Shown here piece by piece: positions 31,538 through 41,841 of a stretch of 64,000 nucleotides of DNA. Below the pieces are notes generated by a model. That model was given only the letters and a program-made list of their open reading frames with translations. It was not told where the DNA came from and ran no database searches. Location of the stretch: positions 4,224,001-4,288,000 of the forward strand of contig OX638351.1 of the NCBI GenBank assembly GCA_951813565.1. The letters are read 5' to 3'. The number at the start of each line of letters is the position of its first letter. The stretch's first letter is position 1. Both the position numbers and the translations under genes were made by a program. Source of the stretch: an uncultured Poribacteria bacterium (GTDB lineage Bacteria > Poribacteria > WGA-4E > WGA-3G).

Positions 31538-32580
31538 GGGTGTGTAAAGTTTTTGGCATGAATATCACGCTGCTTTTGTGTTTGTATACCAATAATTATT
31601 CCATGCTTCATTTTTCAACAAACACCTCCACTTCAGCACAGCATTGATACCCGGTTTCTCCCATCTCATAGCAGCTTGTTTGCATCTTTGTCCGACAACA
31701 TGTTTACACGCACTTTCAATCACACCACTGCCAATCTGATACCCTTTTTCTCTAAACGCTTTATACTGCATTCGCTTCGCGTGTTTTTCGAAATACCGCG
31801 CTTCTCTTTCTAAAATATCCGATACTTCCGGGGTCTGTGTGTCTAAGCCACGAATGCGTGCGGCTACTTCTGTAATGTTGCCATCATAAAGGATAGGTTC
31901 TGTCCTTTTTACCCAGTCTTGTATCGCCTCTGTTTCAGTCTCTCCGAACGCAACTTTAGCAACATCATATAGATGAGACTTCGCATGCATATAATCCACA
32001 ATCTCTACAGCATTGGGGAAGTATTCATCCGCTAAGTTCCATATCCACGCTGCACCATCACCAAGAAACACAATCTCTTGCGTATCTATCGCTTCTTGGT
32101 AGATGCCGCTATTGGTTGCTAACGCATATAACTCCTTACCAAAATGTGCCGCATCATTACGCGTTGCGACATAACGGATACTTGTCTCTCTCGCACTTGA
32201 CACCGCATCAGAACCACATTGTGGATAATCTCTGTAAACACAACCAACTTTTGTCTCTTTCCACCCATCAGGGGAGTTGGTATGACACCCATCACAACTC
32301 ACAGGCCATCGCTCATTTTCTGCGAGTTTTTGAGGTGCCACTTGTTCACAGACGCTCAAATCTTCTGACCATTCACTCACTTTGTGTTGGAGCGTCGTGT
32401 GGCTAACTTCTATACCTTGATGCGACAACTCCGATGCCGCTTCTCTATAGTCAAGAAGGGCAGACAGACGACACATCGTTTCAGCAACACGACGCGTGTA
32501 TTGACCCAATAACTTCTGTTTGACCTCCCACGGCGCGTGACGATGTCCTTTTTTTCCGAAAACTCGCCTCATGCTTTACT
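31538..32580 (-). mobile_element. 5'-truncated ISKra4/ISLre2-like insertion sequence
   Basis: TIR GGGTGTGTAAAGTTTTTGG at 31538. Transposase 31565..32572 is homologous to 11128..12096 and lacks its N-terminus. Confidence 0.8.
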
Positions 32581-32875
32581 CGTAGAGGCTCATGTTGATC
32601 AAATCTTGAGGGCTGTTGATGACTTTAAAGCTGGTTTAGACGAAAGGGAAGAACCCTACGATAATATTTCTGACATATATGAAAATCTTGGCTACTCTCT
32701 GCAACACATCAAGGCATATTTTCATAAGAAAGAAGAGACTCACCTCCACAACAAGAAAGATGTCTACATTTTTGCCTACTTTGCTCGGCGACAAGTAAGG
32801 GAATTGGAATATATTGCTCGTGAAGAGGATGATGAGTATAGCGGGAAATATATCTCACGAGGAGGACTCAGTTGA
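32580..32875 (+). pseudogene. C-terminal remnant of a hypothetical gene abutting the IS
   Basis: Open frame LLVEAHVDQILRAVDDF...ISRGGLS starts at the IS junction with no independent start. Confidence 0.35.
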
Positions 32876-33204
32876 ATCAGGAAAATGATCATAATGCCTC
32901 TCAAATGAAGGCAAGATATCTGTACGGAGCGGATGCTGAATCGCGCCTGAAAGAAGGTATTCAGAAAGTCGAGACAGATCTGAAAGAAGATATTCAAAAA
33001 CTTTAGGTAGATCTAAAAGAAAGAATTCAGAAAGTTGAGACAGATCTGAAAGAAGATATTCAGAAGATCGAGAAAAACGTCATGAACGCTATTCAAGAAG
33101 TCAAGGACAACCATAAGCGGTTAGTATCTCGCATATTTTGGGCTGTGGGTATCATTGTTTTAGTTGCCGGGGGAATAGCGGCTGCTCTAATTAGTAGAGG
33201 TTAG
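32872..33204 (+). pseudogene. Hendecad-repeat coiled-coil protein with C-terminal TM anchor and internal TAG
   Basis: GAGGAGG RBS, TTG start, four 33-bp repeats (LKEDIQKVETD-like) at 32947-33072, TAG at 33004-33006, TM RIFWAVGIIVLVAGGIAAAL. Confidence 0.7.
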
Positions 33205-33274
33205 CAAAAAAGATTTACAACAACTAATTGATTACTTGCAAGAGGGTAAAACATAGATTCGGACAAGATCCAAA

Positions 33275-34186
33275 TCACTCAGCATAATCATCAGGATTAT
33301 TCTTACGCCAATTCGGGAGATACCCTTCTGTATGTCCAAATCCGTAAGAAGGTCCAATCTGGTTTGCACTTGACCAGGGCCACGCTTGTCCACCGATAAG
33401 ACGAAATTCATCACCTTTACCACATAACCAATAGAACATGTGCGCTACATAACGTGCTACGCCGTGTCCACCGTAGGGTGCCATCTGAAAATCAAAATTC
33501 GGTTCCTGTATCCAATCGCGTGTCGGTGGCACTGTTCGCCAATAACTGTATTTGAGCATGTGGCGCAGCCCTGTGGCAGTTGACTCACCGCGCCGATGAA
33601 GGATACTTTGCGAGTGGATAACGAACGACCCCGCTGGTCCATCGCTTGCAACACCTTTCTCAGATATATCCCGACTCGTTGGCGAAATATGTGAACCAGG
33701 CAGAAGTTCCGTTGGTCCCATCTCCAGCGGCGTGTCTTGCGGAAAATAAAATACCTCCACAAAATTGATTTCGGGACCAAAAACGTGATCAGCATCGTGA
33801 TGCCAACCTTGCGCAGGCATCGGACATTCAACCCGATGATTGCTTACCAACACAGGTAAACCAACGTTCTTTCCCAACAACGAACGCAATGCTCCTGCAA
33901 GTTCCCGATTGAGAAGTACATGCTCAATATACCAATCCTCAAGTAGAATAGAGCTCGGTTCATGTGTCCCCCGAATTCGTTCCAAATCCGCATGCGTCAT
34001 GCCATCGGGAATAAAACTCGGATTGATCGGTATATCGCCATTCAGATAATCAAAGGTGCGCTGGTTAATCCTATCAGGGACGACACCTTGAAGTTGGAGG
34101 TAGCCATCACGACAAAATTGCAACACCTGTGAATCGGTGAGGGTTGGTTCGCAATCAAAGGTTCGGTTGGTCTTATCATATTGCAT
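33275..34186 (-). CDS. PhyH family protein
   Basis: FCRDGYL, WHHD, GPTELLPGSH, LHRR. Confidence 0.85.
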   Translation of the reverse strand: MQYDKTNRTFDCEPTLTDSQVLQFCRDGYLQLQGVVPDRINQRTFDYLNGDIPINPSFIPDGMTHADLERIRGTHEPSSILLEDWYIEHVLLNRELAGALRSLLGKNVGLPVLVSNHRVECPMPAQGWHHDADHVFGPEINFVEVFYFPQDTPLEMGPTELLPGSHISPTSRDISEKGVASDGPAGSFVIHSQSILHRRGESTATGLRHMLKYSYWRTVPPTRDWIQEPNFDFQMAPYGGHGVARYVAHMFYWLCGKGDEFRLIGGQAWPWSSANQIGPSYGFGHTEGYLPNWRKNNPDDYAE

Positions 34187-34212
34187 CGTTAGGCATCTCT
34201 GGTTTACTGGTA

Positions 34213-35646
34213 TTAGACATGGTTTATCGTGGCAGGTGGCAAACCGAGTTTCTGATATGATTCAGCAGTCGGGAAAATCTTACCAGGATTACAAAGTCCA
34301 GTCGGATTGAAAATCTCTTTAACATTCGCCATCACCTGTAAATCTTCAGGACTAAAGATAAGCGGCATATAATCCATCTTTTCAATGCCGATGCCATGTT
34401 CACCCGTGATTGTGCCACCGACTTCAGCACACACAGTCAGGATTTCTTTGTTCACATGTTCCACCCGTTCACATTGGTCAGCGTCGCGTTCGTCAAAAAG
34501 AACAATCGGATGGATATTGCCATCGCCTGCATGGAAAACGTTGGCAATCGCAATCTGATATTTCTCAGAGATTTCGGAGATACGACGGAGCACTTTGGGT
34601 AACCGAGTGCGCGGCACAACGCCATCTTGCGTGATATAGTTCGGCGCAAGTCGTCCGAATGAACCGAACGCACTTTTGCGAGCCTTCCAAAGCTCCTGAC
34701 GTTCAGCATCATCTTTGGCGTAATTCACTTCGCGAGCGTTATGTTGGTTGAATATTTCCAAGATTTTGTCTGTTTGGTTCTGCATGCCTGCCTCAATACC
34801 GTCCAATTCCGCGATAAGGATTGCTTCAGCATCAAGGGGAAAACCGAACTGAAACGCCTCCTCTAATGCTCGGATAACGAGAGTATCCATCATTTCAAGT
34901 GCCGCAGGAATAATGCCCGCACCTATAATCGTTGACACAGCATTTGAAGCATCGTCCATTTTATCAAAAACGGCAAGCGCAGTCTGATATGCTTGCGGAT
35001 TCCGTGTGAGGCGAACTGTCGCTTTTGTCACGATACCGAATGTGCCTTCAGAACCGATTAGCACGCCGCGCAGGTCATAACCGGGTACTTCTTCAATTTC
35101 CCCGCCAAATTCAATTATTTCACCATCCGGCATCACGACCTCCAGGCCGAGGACATGGTCAGAAGTAACACCATATTTTAAAGTGTGCGGACCACCAGAG
35201 TTTTCAGCGATATTGCCACCGATTGTGCATGCCTTTTGGCTTGATGGGTCTGGCGCGTAGTGGTACCCCTGCGCCTGCACTGCTTGAGACAAAAGGAGAT
35301 TGACAACCCCAGGCTCAACCACTGCGCGTCCGTTTTCAATATCTATCTCAAGGATGCTGTCCATCCGATTGAGTGCGATGATAATCCCACCTTGGACAGA
35401 GAGCATCCCACCACTTAAACCTGTCCCACCACCGCGCGCAATGAACGGTGCGTTATACTTGTTCGCTAATTTAACAATATCCGATACTTGCTGCGTTGTG
35501 TCTGCAAAGACAACGACATCCGGCATTGCTTTAAATGAAGGTGCTGCATCACATTCGTATACCGATAGTGCAGTTGCATCTGTTAGGACATTTTTAGAAC
35601 CGAGAAGTTCAGTGAGTTCTGCGATAAGTTGTTCTTTCTGGTCCAT
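34213..35646 (-). CDS. glcD: FAD-linked oxidase, glycolate oxidase subunit GlcD-like
   Basis: RGGGTGLSGG, PDPSSQKACTIGGN, GSEGTFG, HAGDGNIHP, GEHGIG, NPGKIF. Confidence 0.8.
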   Translation of the reverse strand: MDQKEQLIAELTELLGSKNVLTDATALSVYECDAAPSFKAMPDVVVFADTTQQVSDIVKLANKYNAPFIARGGGTGLSGGMLSVQGGIIIALNRMDSILEIDIENGRAVVEPGVVNLLLSQAVQAQGYHYAPDPSSQKACTIGGNIAENSGGPHTLKYGVTSDHVLGLEVVMPDGEIIEFGGEIEEVPGYDLRGVLIGSEGTFGIVTKATVRLTRNPQAYQTALAVFDKMDDASNAVSTIIGAGIIPAALEMMDTLVIRALEEAFQFGFPLDAEAILIAELDGIEAGMQNQTDKILEIFNQHNAREVNYAKDDAERQELWKARKSAFGSFGRLAPNYITQDGVVPRTRLPKVLRRISEISEKYQIAIANVFHAGDGNIHPIVLFDERDADQCERVEHVNKEILTVCAEVGGTITGEHGIGIEKMDYMPLIFSPEDLQVMANVKEIFNPTGLCNPGKIFPTAESYQKLGLPPATINHV

Positions 35647-35873
35647 GGAATTTTCCTTTGTTCCTAATGATAAATTGTGCTATTTCAGATTACCATATTT
35701 TGATTTGTTTGTCCAATTAGAATATTCTGAAGTATTAATTTTTTGGCATTGTATAGTCAAAAATGTTATAATAGAAACAAGTGCTAAATTAATAGCGTTT
35801 AATTCGGGAAAATTCGTTAAATTCTTAATCCTAACAAGGCACGCCAAAGCGTGTGGAAAATGAAGGAGACATA

Positions 35874-36653
35874 ATGCGAAAATTAGCTTTGATATTGGGA
35901 ATTGTCTGTTCAATCGTATGGCTGATGCCACATATTAGTTCTGCTAAGATTGACCCAGATACAGCGGTCGGTGTTTGGCTGTTTGACGAAGGTGCTGGTG
36001 ATGATGTAAAAGATGCTTCAGGTAAGGGCAATGATGGTAAGATTAATGGTGCTAAGTGGAAAGATGGAAAATTCGGTGATGGACTTGAATTTGATGGTGC
36101 ACATTGGGTGTCCATAGAATCAACGCCAGATCTACAGCTTGGAGATAAACATACCATGATGGCGTGGTTTTTTGCCACAGATATTGCAAGTTGGAGACAG
36201 CTTATCGCTAAAAACAACGAATATCTTTTACGTATTGATCCACCTGGAGAAGGTAACAAGATGTCTGCATTTGTCCACTTGGGTGGGTGGGAACCGAGAG
36301 CCTCTGCAAATGTTCCTGATACGGATACTTGGATCCACTTCGCTGCAACTTACGACAGTTCAGAAAACAATAACCAACTTGTTGTTTATGTCAACGGTGT
36401 ACAGGCAGGTGCCAGCACACGTCCCGGCAAAGGTACAGGAAATGCTGATCCTGTTACTATCGGAAGATGGAATAACGGTTCATATTTCTTCGGTATTATT
36501 GATGAAGTGGCAATATTTAAAGATGTACTTACTGAAGATGATTTGAAAACAATCATGGATAACGGTTTAGATAAAGCACTCGGTGGCGTTGCAGCTGTTG
36601 ATGCATCTAATAAACTAACTACAACGTGGGCGAATCTAAAGTCTGATAGATAG
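35874..36653 (+). CDS. Secreted LamG domain protein
   Basis: GAAGGAG RBS, signal peptide, WLFDEG, WIHFAATYD, GIIDEVAIF, C-terminal AVDASNKLTTTWANLK. Confidence 0.87.
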   Translation: MRKLALILGIVCSIVWLMPHISSAKIDPDTAVGVWLFDEGAGDDVKDASGKGNDGKINGAKWKDGKFGDGLEFDGAHWVSIESTPDLQLGDKHTMMAWFFATDIASWRQLIAKNNEYLLRIDPPGEGNKMSAFVHLGGWEPRASANVPDTDTWIHFAATYDSSENNNQLVVYVNGVQAGASTRPGKGTGNADPVTIGRWNNGSYFFGIIDEVAIFKDVLTEDDLKTIMDNGLDKALGGVAAVDASNKLTTTWANLKSDR

Positions 36654-36669
36654 TTTATCATTATTGTAA

Positions 36670-37043
36670 CGCGTTGTGCCAGTTAACATTTGGTATATTT
36701 ATATTTCACATGTTCCTCTTGTTTGGGTTTGCATTCCGCAACTTTTCCGATAGCTGCTGTCCTCAAGGTAGGAGGGAACTCCGATTCCCGACTGCAAACG
36801 TGTCGCGATTCGGAGATCGCTCCTACAAAATATGACAACCTATCTCATAAATTACTTGTAGGGCGAGGTCTCTGTGCCTCGCCATGTCTCAGGATCGAAA
36901 CAACGGGCGGGCACAGGGACCCGCCCCTACAATACAAGTGAACTTCAGTGCAAATAACGAGTAAAACCCAAAAATCGGATTTATGAGATACACTCGAACA
37001 ATTGTGAAAAACAACAAAACTTTCACTTAACTGGCACAAGTCG
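36670..37043. mobile_element. 374-bp MITE with 9-bp TSD carrying two REP-like palindromes
   Basis: TIRs CGCGTTGTGCCAGTTAA / TTAACTGGCACAAGTCG; TSD TTATTGTAA at 36661-36669 and 37044-37052; GTAG...CTAC units at 36768-36826 and 36858-36930. Confidence 0.8.
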
Positions 37044-37243
37044 TTATTGTAATGAAAAGTTGGGCGGATATGAACACTTCCGCCTTTCAACCCAATTCGT
37101 TCTATAACAATTACGAATACTATTCAAAATCCGATTTTCCAACCTGAATCTTCTTAACTCTTACCACTCCGAATTTGATCCATAATAATCCCTCTTACCC
37201 ATAGCAGTCTTACTGTTTTTGGCAAGAAAACAGTAAACGTTCC

Positions 37244-37273
37244 TTGCTATACCTCCAGGTAACATGCTATAAT
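37244..37273 (+). promoter_or_regulatory. Putative sigma70 promoter
   Basis: TTGCTA-18 nt-TATAAT with TG extension, followed by AGGAGG and ATG 37301. Confidence 0.5.
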
Positions 37274-37300
37274 AACTACACGCAAAAAGGAGGATTGGCG

Positions 37301-38037
37301 ATGAGAAAATTTTTTATTTTTATTTGTGGAATCTTAATTGTCAGTCTAAACTCTACTGTTTCTGCTGGTGTTTGGACAGATAATTTTGATGGTAACAACC
37401 TTTCAGATGGATGGTAATTTCGTGACCATAACAACAAACAAACGAAGTATGAAGTAAAGGACGGATTCCTACGAATCACTAATCCGGTAATTGGGGACAT
37501 ACAACAGCCGATAAACCGATGATTGAAAGGGACGTCCCAAATAGTGTTGCGAAAAATATTACAGTGAGCGGGATTTTTACCTCTGATCCTGACAAACCTG
37601 CCGATGCATGGATCGGTATTTTTATTTATAGTGATGACGATTTAAACTATGCGTGTTTGTTGTTCGGAGGAGAATCAAATCAAGCACAAAAGACACTCAT
37701 CGGGAGTATGGTCAAAGCAAATTGGAATAACCACGGACACCCTCAGACCAGCTTTGATGTTCCGATTCATCTCAAACTTGTCAAAGAGGACGATGTCTTT
37801 TCGGGCTATTTCCGCGAGAGCGAAAAGGATGATTAGACTCTCGCTGGAAATAAAATGTGGAACCACAAATTTGATGTTAAACAGGTCGGTATCGGATTCA
37901 TGAACAACTGGGGCGGCAAAACAGTCACTTTTATTGTTGATCAACTCTCTATTGAAGGTGATGGGATTAAACCGTTTCCAGTTGAACCCAAAGGCAAGTT
38001 GGCAACAACGTGGGGAACACTCAAAGCAGCTCAATAA
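37301..38037 (+). pseudogene. Degraded secreted beta-sandwich protein with the KLATTWGTLK tail
   Basis: MRKFFIFICGILIVSLNSTVSAGVWTDNFDGNNLSDGW-TAA-FRD, a frameshift near 37490, TAG at 37834-37836, ends PVEPKGKLATTWGTLKAAQ. Confidence 0.75.
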
Positions 38038-38065
38038 TCACACAGCCTACATTGATTTGAAATGC

Positions 38066-38094
38066 GGCGGGTGTGAAGAACATCCGCCTTTATT
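38066..38094 (+). terminator. Putative intrinsic terminator
   Basis: GGCGGGTGT-GAAGA-ACATCCGCC followed by TTTATT. Confidence 0.5.
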
Positions 38095-38443
38095 ATGCTT
38101 TAACGTCATTAGATATGTAATCAATAGTATATCAGCTTTTTATCAATGAAATAATTTATACCTAAAAACATATAGTACTACCCCACATTCCGCAGTTGTT
38201 TAATCAGAATTTAATATTTATAGGACAAACCCGTGTCACGAAAGGATCCGTGCCGGATAATAGGAGATTTGGTGCCGTGAATTAAGATTCCACTTGTCAC
38301 TTTTCTTTTTTTCTGGTTCACCTGAAATTGCTTGCTCGATGTAGGTGCCACGCAGGTTTGAGAAATAAATATCGAAAATCGGAAATTCGAAGTGCGGAAT
38401 GTAGGTACTACGTAAATAAACACTAAGGAGAAATATTACCATC

Positions 38444-41400
38444 ATGTCCATCCCAAAAATGTCTGTGAACAACCCTGTTTTAGCGAACATGCTAATGATT
38501 CTTATTATTATTTTTGGGTTGTATGCATGGATAAACCTACCAAGGGAACTCACCCCGGAAATCGCCCTACAAAGTGCTACCGTAACGACACTCTACCCCG
38601 GTGCCTCTCCAGAAGAGGTAGAAAAACTTGTATCTGCTCCAATTGAAGATGCAATTGAGGAAAACGTCAACAAAATCAATTTAATGCTGTCCACCTCTTC
38701 AGAGGGAAGATCGGTCATTTCAGTCGATTTTGATGAGATGAGCGATCGAGAATTCGACAAGGAGATGGAAAATCTACGAACAGCTGTTGAAGGTGTGAAT
38801 GATCTACCGGAAGAGATTTTAGACGATCCCAAAGTTATGGAATTGGATGTTTCTTCTGGTTTTCCGATGCTGACAATTGTTGTCGGGGGAAGCATCTCAG
38901 AAGCGCAAATGCGGGATATTGCTGAAAATTTGAAGGACGAGATATTAGAAGTAAAAAATATCGCTTCAGTTCAAATAGCCGGACTTCGTGAGCGAGAAAT
39001 TTGGATTGAGGTGAACCCAGATCGGTTGAAAGCATATAATCTCCCAATTACTGCTGTTACCATGGCGCTGCAAGCGAGGAATTTAAATTTACCAGCAGGA
39101 ACGATGGAAATAGGGAACACTGAGTTTATGGTACGCACAATGGGAGAATTTCCCAATCCGGACTATATCGGTGATACAATTATCAGAGTTCAGCCAACGG
39201 GAACACCACTTCGCCTACGTGATATCGCCACTGTTTCTGATGACTATGAGGAAGCACGCACACTTTCACGGATTGATGGCGAACCTTCTATCAGTTTAAG
39301 CGTTCAAAAAAAGAAAGAGGGCAACACCATCTCTTTGGTAGCAGAACTTCGAGATTTAGTTAAAGAACGTCAGGCGGATCTTCCTGAGGGTGCCGTGTTG
39401 ACACCCGTCAACGACTATTCTGTGATCTTAAAAGAGAGGTTGGGTATTCTTGAAACAAACGCAATTTTCGGGCTTATTCTCGTTATATTAATGCTTTTCC
39501 TGTTTATCGGTTGGCGAAATGCGTTGTTTGCCGCACTCGGCATTCCAGTAGCGTTTATGGCGACATTTTGGTTCATGTCACTGGCCGGGTATACGCTGAG
39601 CGGCGTAGCACTGTTCGGTCTCATCTTAGTTGTTGGGATTGTTGTTGACGATGCCATTGTTGTTATAGAGAACACCTATCGACACATTGAGGCAGGTGAA
39701 TCGCCAAAAGTTGCTGCTATTCGCGGGGCAGAAGAGGTTGGTTGGCCTGTTTTAGCGGCAAGTTTGACAACAATTGGCGCATTTGGTCCCTTGATGTTTA
39801 TGTCCGGTGTTTCAGGACAGTTCATGCGGATCGTGCCAATAATGGCGATTATCGTCTTGGTGGCTTCTCTCTTTGAAGTCTTCGTTATTTTGCCAGCACA
39901 CGTATCTGAGTGGGGAAAAGCCATAACCCGGACAGGACGCAGTAGACTTGACAACCTCCGCACCCGATCTCCACGTGCTTTTACCTTGAGCATCCTTTTT
40001 ACAGGCTTTTTTGCATGGTTCACCACGATTTTTGACCTTATTCGGAACCGATATGTTAGAATCTTGAAAATAACGATCCGAAAAAGGTATGTATTTGTCG
40101 GAAGTGTTATTTTCATTGGAGTGATTGCGTGCGTCAGTGCTTTTTTAGTACTCGACAAGGAGCTTTTTCCGGGTGAAGATTTTCCGCAATTTTACGTCAA
40201 GGCAGAGATGCCACCGTCCTACGGTATGCAAGAGACAACAGATGTTGTCGCACAGCTTGAAGATGCAGCCAAAACTTTGCCGGAAGATGAGATTGCTGCT
40301 ATTGTCAGCAACATCGGTTTACATACACCTACCTCAGGTCTTTTTGAAGGCGTTACCTACGGTTCTAATTTTGGTGAACTCATCATTGAACTTGTCCCTA
40401 AAGATCAACGCACTCGGAATACTGATGAGATCATCGCGACCTTGAGAAACAAAACTGCTAATATAAGTGGCATTGAAAAACTCAATTTTGTCAAACTCGA
40501 AGGCGGTCCACCACAGGGACAGGATGTTGAGGTGAAGGTGAAGGGCACACGTTTTGAAACGTTAGCAGAAATTGCTGATCGACTAAAGGTAACATTAAGT
40601 CAGATAGATGGTGTTGAAGACGTTCGCGATGATTTTCGTATCGGCAAATCTGAATTGCGAATCTATTTGAAACCTGAAAAAGCAGCCTTATTTGGAATGT
40701 CTACCCTACAAGTTGCACAAACCGTTCGGACCGCTATTGAAGGCGCGAAAGCCACTACCTATCGTGAGGCTGATGAAGCGATTGATGTGATCGTCAAATA
40801 CAACGAAGACAGTTTACAAACGATTGAAGGAATTAGAGATATGTTAATTGCTACACCTACGGGTTTGATTGTTCCCTTAAAAGATGTTGCTGTAATAGCT
40901 AAGGAAAAAGGATATGCGGATATCCGCCGATTTGAAGGTGAACGCGCAATCTCTGTTTATGCTGTCGTTGATAGAACGAAAACCACACCTTTTAAAGTGA
41001 ACCAAGAGTTAATCAGTGCCTTCGCTAATGTTGAAGCATTGTACCCGGGTTATCGGCTCGATTTCCGTGGGGTTTTCGACGAAATACGGGAATCCTTTTC
41101 AGAGCTATGGAAACTATTTATTGTTGGAATTCTTGTTATCTATATGATATTAGGCGCACAATTCAAATCGTTTACGCAGCCAATTATAATTCTTTTTGCC
41201 GTGCCGTTTGGTATGATAGGGGCGATGGTTGGGCTACTCCTTTCCAATGCAACACTCAGTATGGTGGCAATGTTCGGGATTGTCGCGCTTGCGGGAATTG
41301 TCGTGAACGATTCAATTGTGATGATTGATTTTATCAATAAGTACCGAGAACGTGGTTTTAACAGATGGTATGCCATTCTGAAAGGTGGAAGCGTACGTTT

Positions 41401-41671
41401 ACGCCCAATTATTTTAACTTCAGTAACGACAATTTTTGGACTAATTCCGATGGCACTTGGACTTGGTGGAAAATCCCCTATCTGGCAGCCGATGGCAAAT
41501 ACCATCATCTTTGGTCTTGCCTTTGCAACGATTATGACGCTGTTTGTGATGCCTTCCTTGTATGCAATCACAACAGACCTACGCGGGGTTTTCCTTAAAG
41601 ACCCAGAGGCGCGGTTCCGCACTGTTTCAGATGAAGAATTGTTAGGTGCTGCTGTTCCAGCTGATGATTAA
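38444..41671 (+). CDS. RND efflux permease (AcrB/AcrD/AcrF family)
   Basis: 1075 aa; YPGASPEEVE, GIVVDDAIVVIEN, RLRPIILTS. No adjacent MFP/OMF gene. Confidence 0.93.
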   Translation: MSIPKMSVNNPVLANMLMILIIIFGLYAWINLPRELTPEIALQSATVTTLYPGASPEEVEKLVSAPIEDAIEENVNKINLMLSTSSEGRSVISVDFDEMSDREFDKEMENLRTAVEGVNDLPEEILDDPKVMELDVSSGFPMLTIVVGGSISEAQMRDIAENLKDEILEVKNIASVQIAGLREREIWIEVNPDRLKAYNLPITAVTMALQARNLNLPAGTMEIGNTEFMVRTMGEFPNPDYIGDTIIRVQPTGTPLRLRDIATVSDDYEEARTLSRIDGEPSISLSVQKKKEGNTISLVAELRDLVKERQADLPEGAVLTPVNDYSVILKERLGILETNAIFGLILVILMLFLFIGWRNALFAALGIPVAFMATFWFMSLAGYTLSGVALFGLILVVGIVVDDAIVVIENTYRHIEAGESPKVAAIRGAEEVGWPVLAASLTTIGAFGPLMFMSGVSGQFMRIVPIMAIIVLVASLFEVFVILPAHVSEWGKAITRTGRSRLDNLRTRSPRAFTLSILFTGFFAWFTTIFDLIRNRYVRILKITIRKRYVFVGSVIFIGVIACVSAFLVLDKELFPGEDFPQFYVKAEMPPSYGMQETTDVVAQLEDAAKTLPEDEIAAIVSNIGLHTPTSGLFEGVTYGSNFGELIIELVPKDQRTRNTDEIIATLRNKTANISGIEKLNFVKLEGGPPQGQDVEVKVKGTRFETLAEIADRLKVTLSQIDGVEDVRDDFRIGKSELRIYLKPEKAALFGMSTLQVAQTVRTAIEGAKATTYREADEAIDVIVKYNEDSLQTIEGIRDMLIATPTGLIVPLKDVAVIAKEKGYADIRRFEGERAISVYAVVDRTKTTPFKVNQELISAFANVEALYPGYRLDFRGVFDEIRESFSELWKLFIVGILVIYMILGAQFKSFTQPIIILFAVPFGMIGAMVGLLLSNATLSMVAMFGIVALAGIVVNDSIVMIDFINKYRERGFNRWYAILKGGSVRLRPIILTSVTTIFGLIPMALGLGGKSPIWQPMANTIIFGLAFATIMTLFVMPSLYAITTDLRGVFLKDPEARFRTVSDEELLGAAVPADD

Positions 41672-41841
41672 AATTTAATACTTAACAATCTTTGCAGTGA
41701 AGAAGCAAGACAGTATGCTTCTTGCAACAACTCACTCAGGTAGCAATTGACAATTTATTTTTAGAAGTGCCCAGATATGTTATGATTCTAATATGAATGA
41801 AATAGTCTGAATGATGCCACAATGAGCATGGAGAATATAAA

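Noticed and set aside
32947..33072. CRISPR or pyrrolysine read-through at the TAG
   Set aside because: The repeats are contiguous in-frame coding units without spacers. The TAG aligns with GAG in sibling repeats, so a point mutation is the simpler explanation.
38339..38414. Imperfect direct repeat ATGTAGGT(G/A)C(C/T)ACG 60 bp apart upstream of the RND gene; possible operator or riboswitch
   Set aside because: Only two imperfect copies, no recognisable riboswitch consensus and no adjacent regulator, so I cannot support it.
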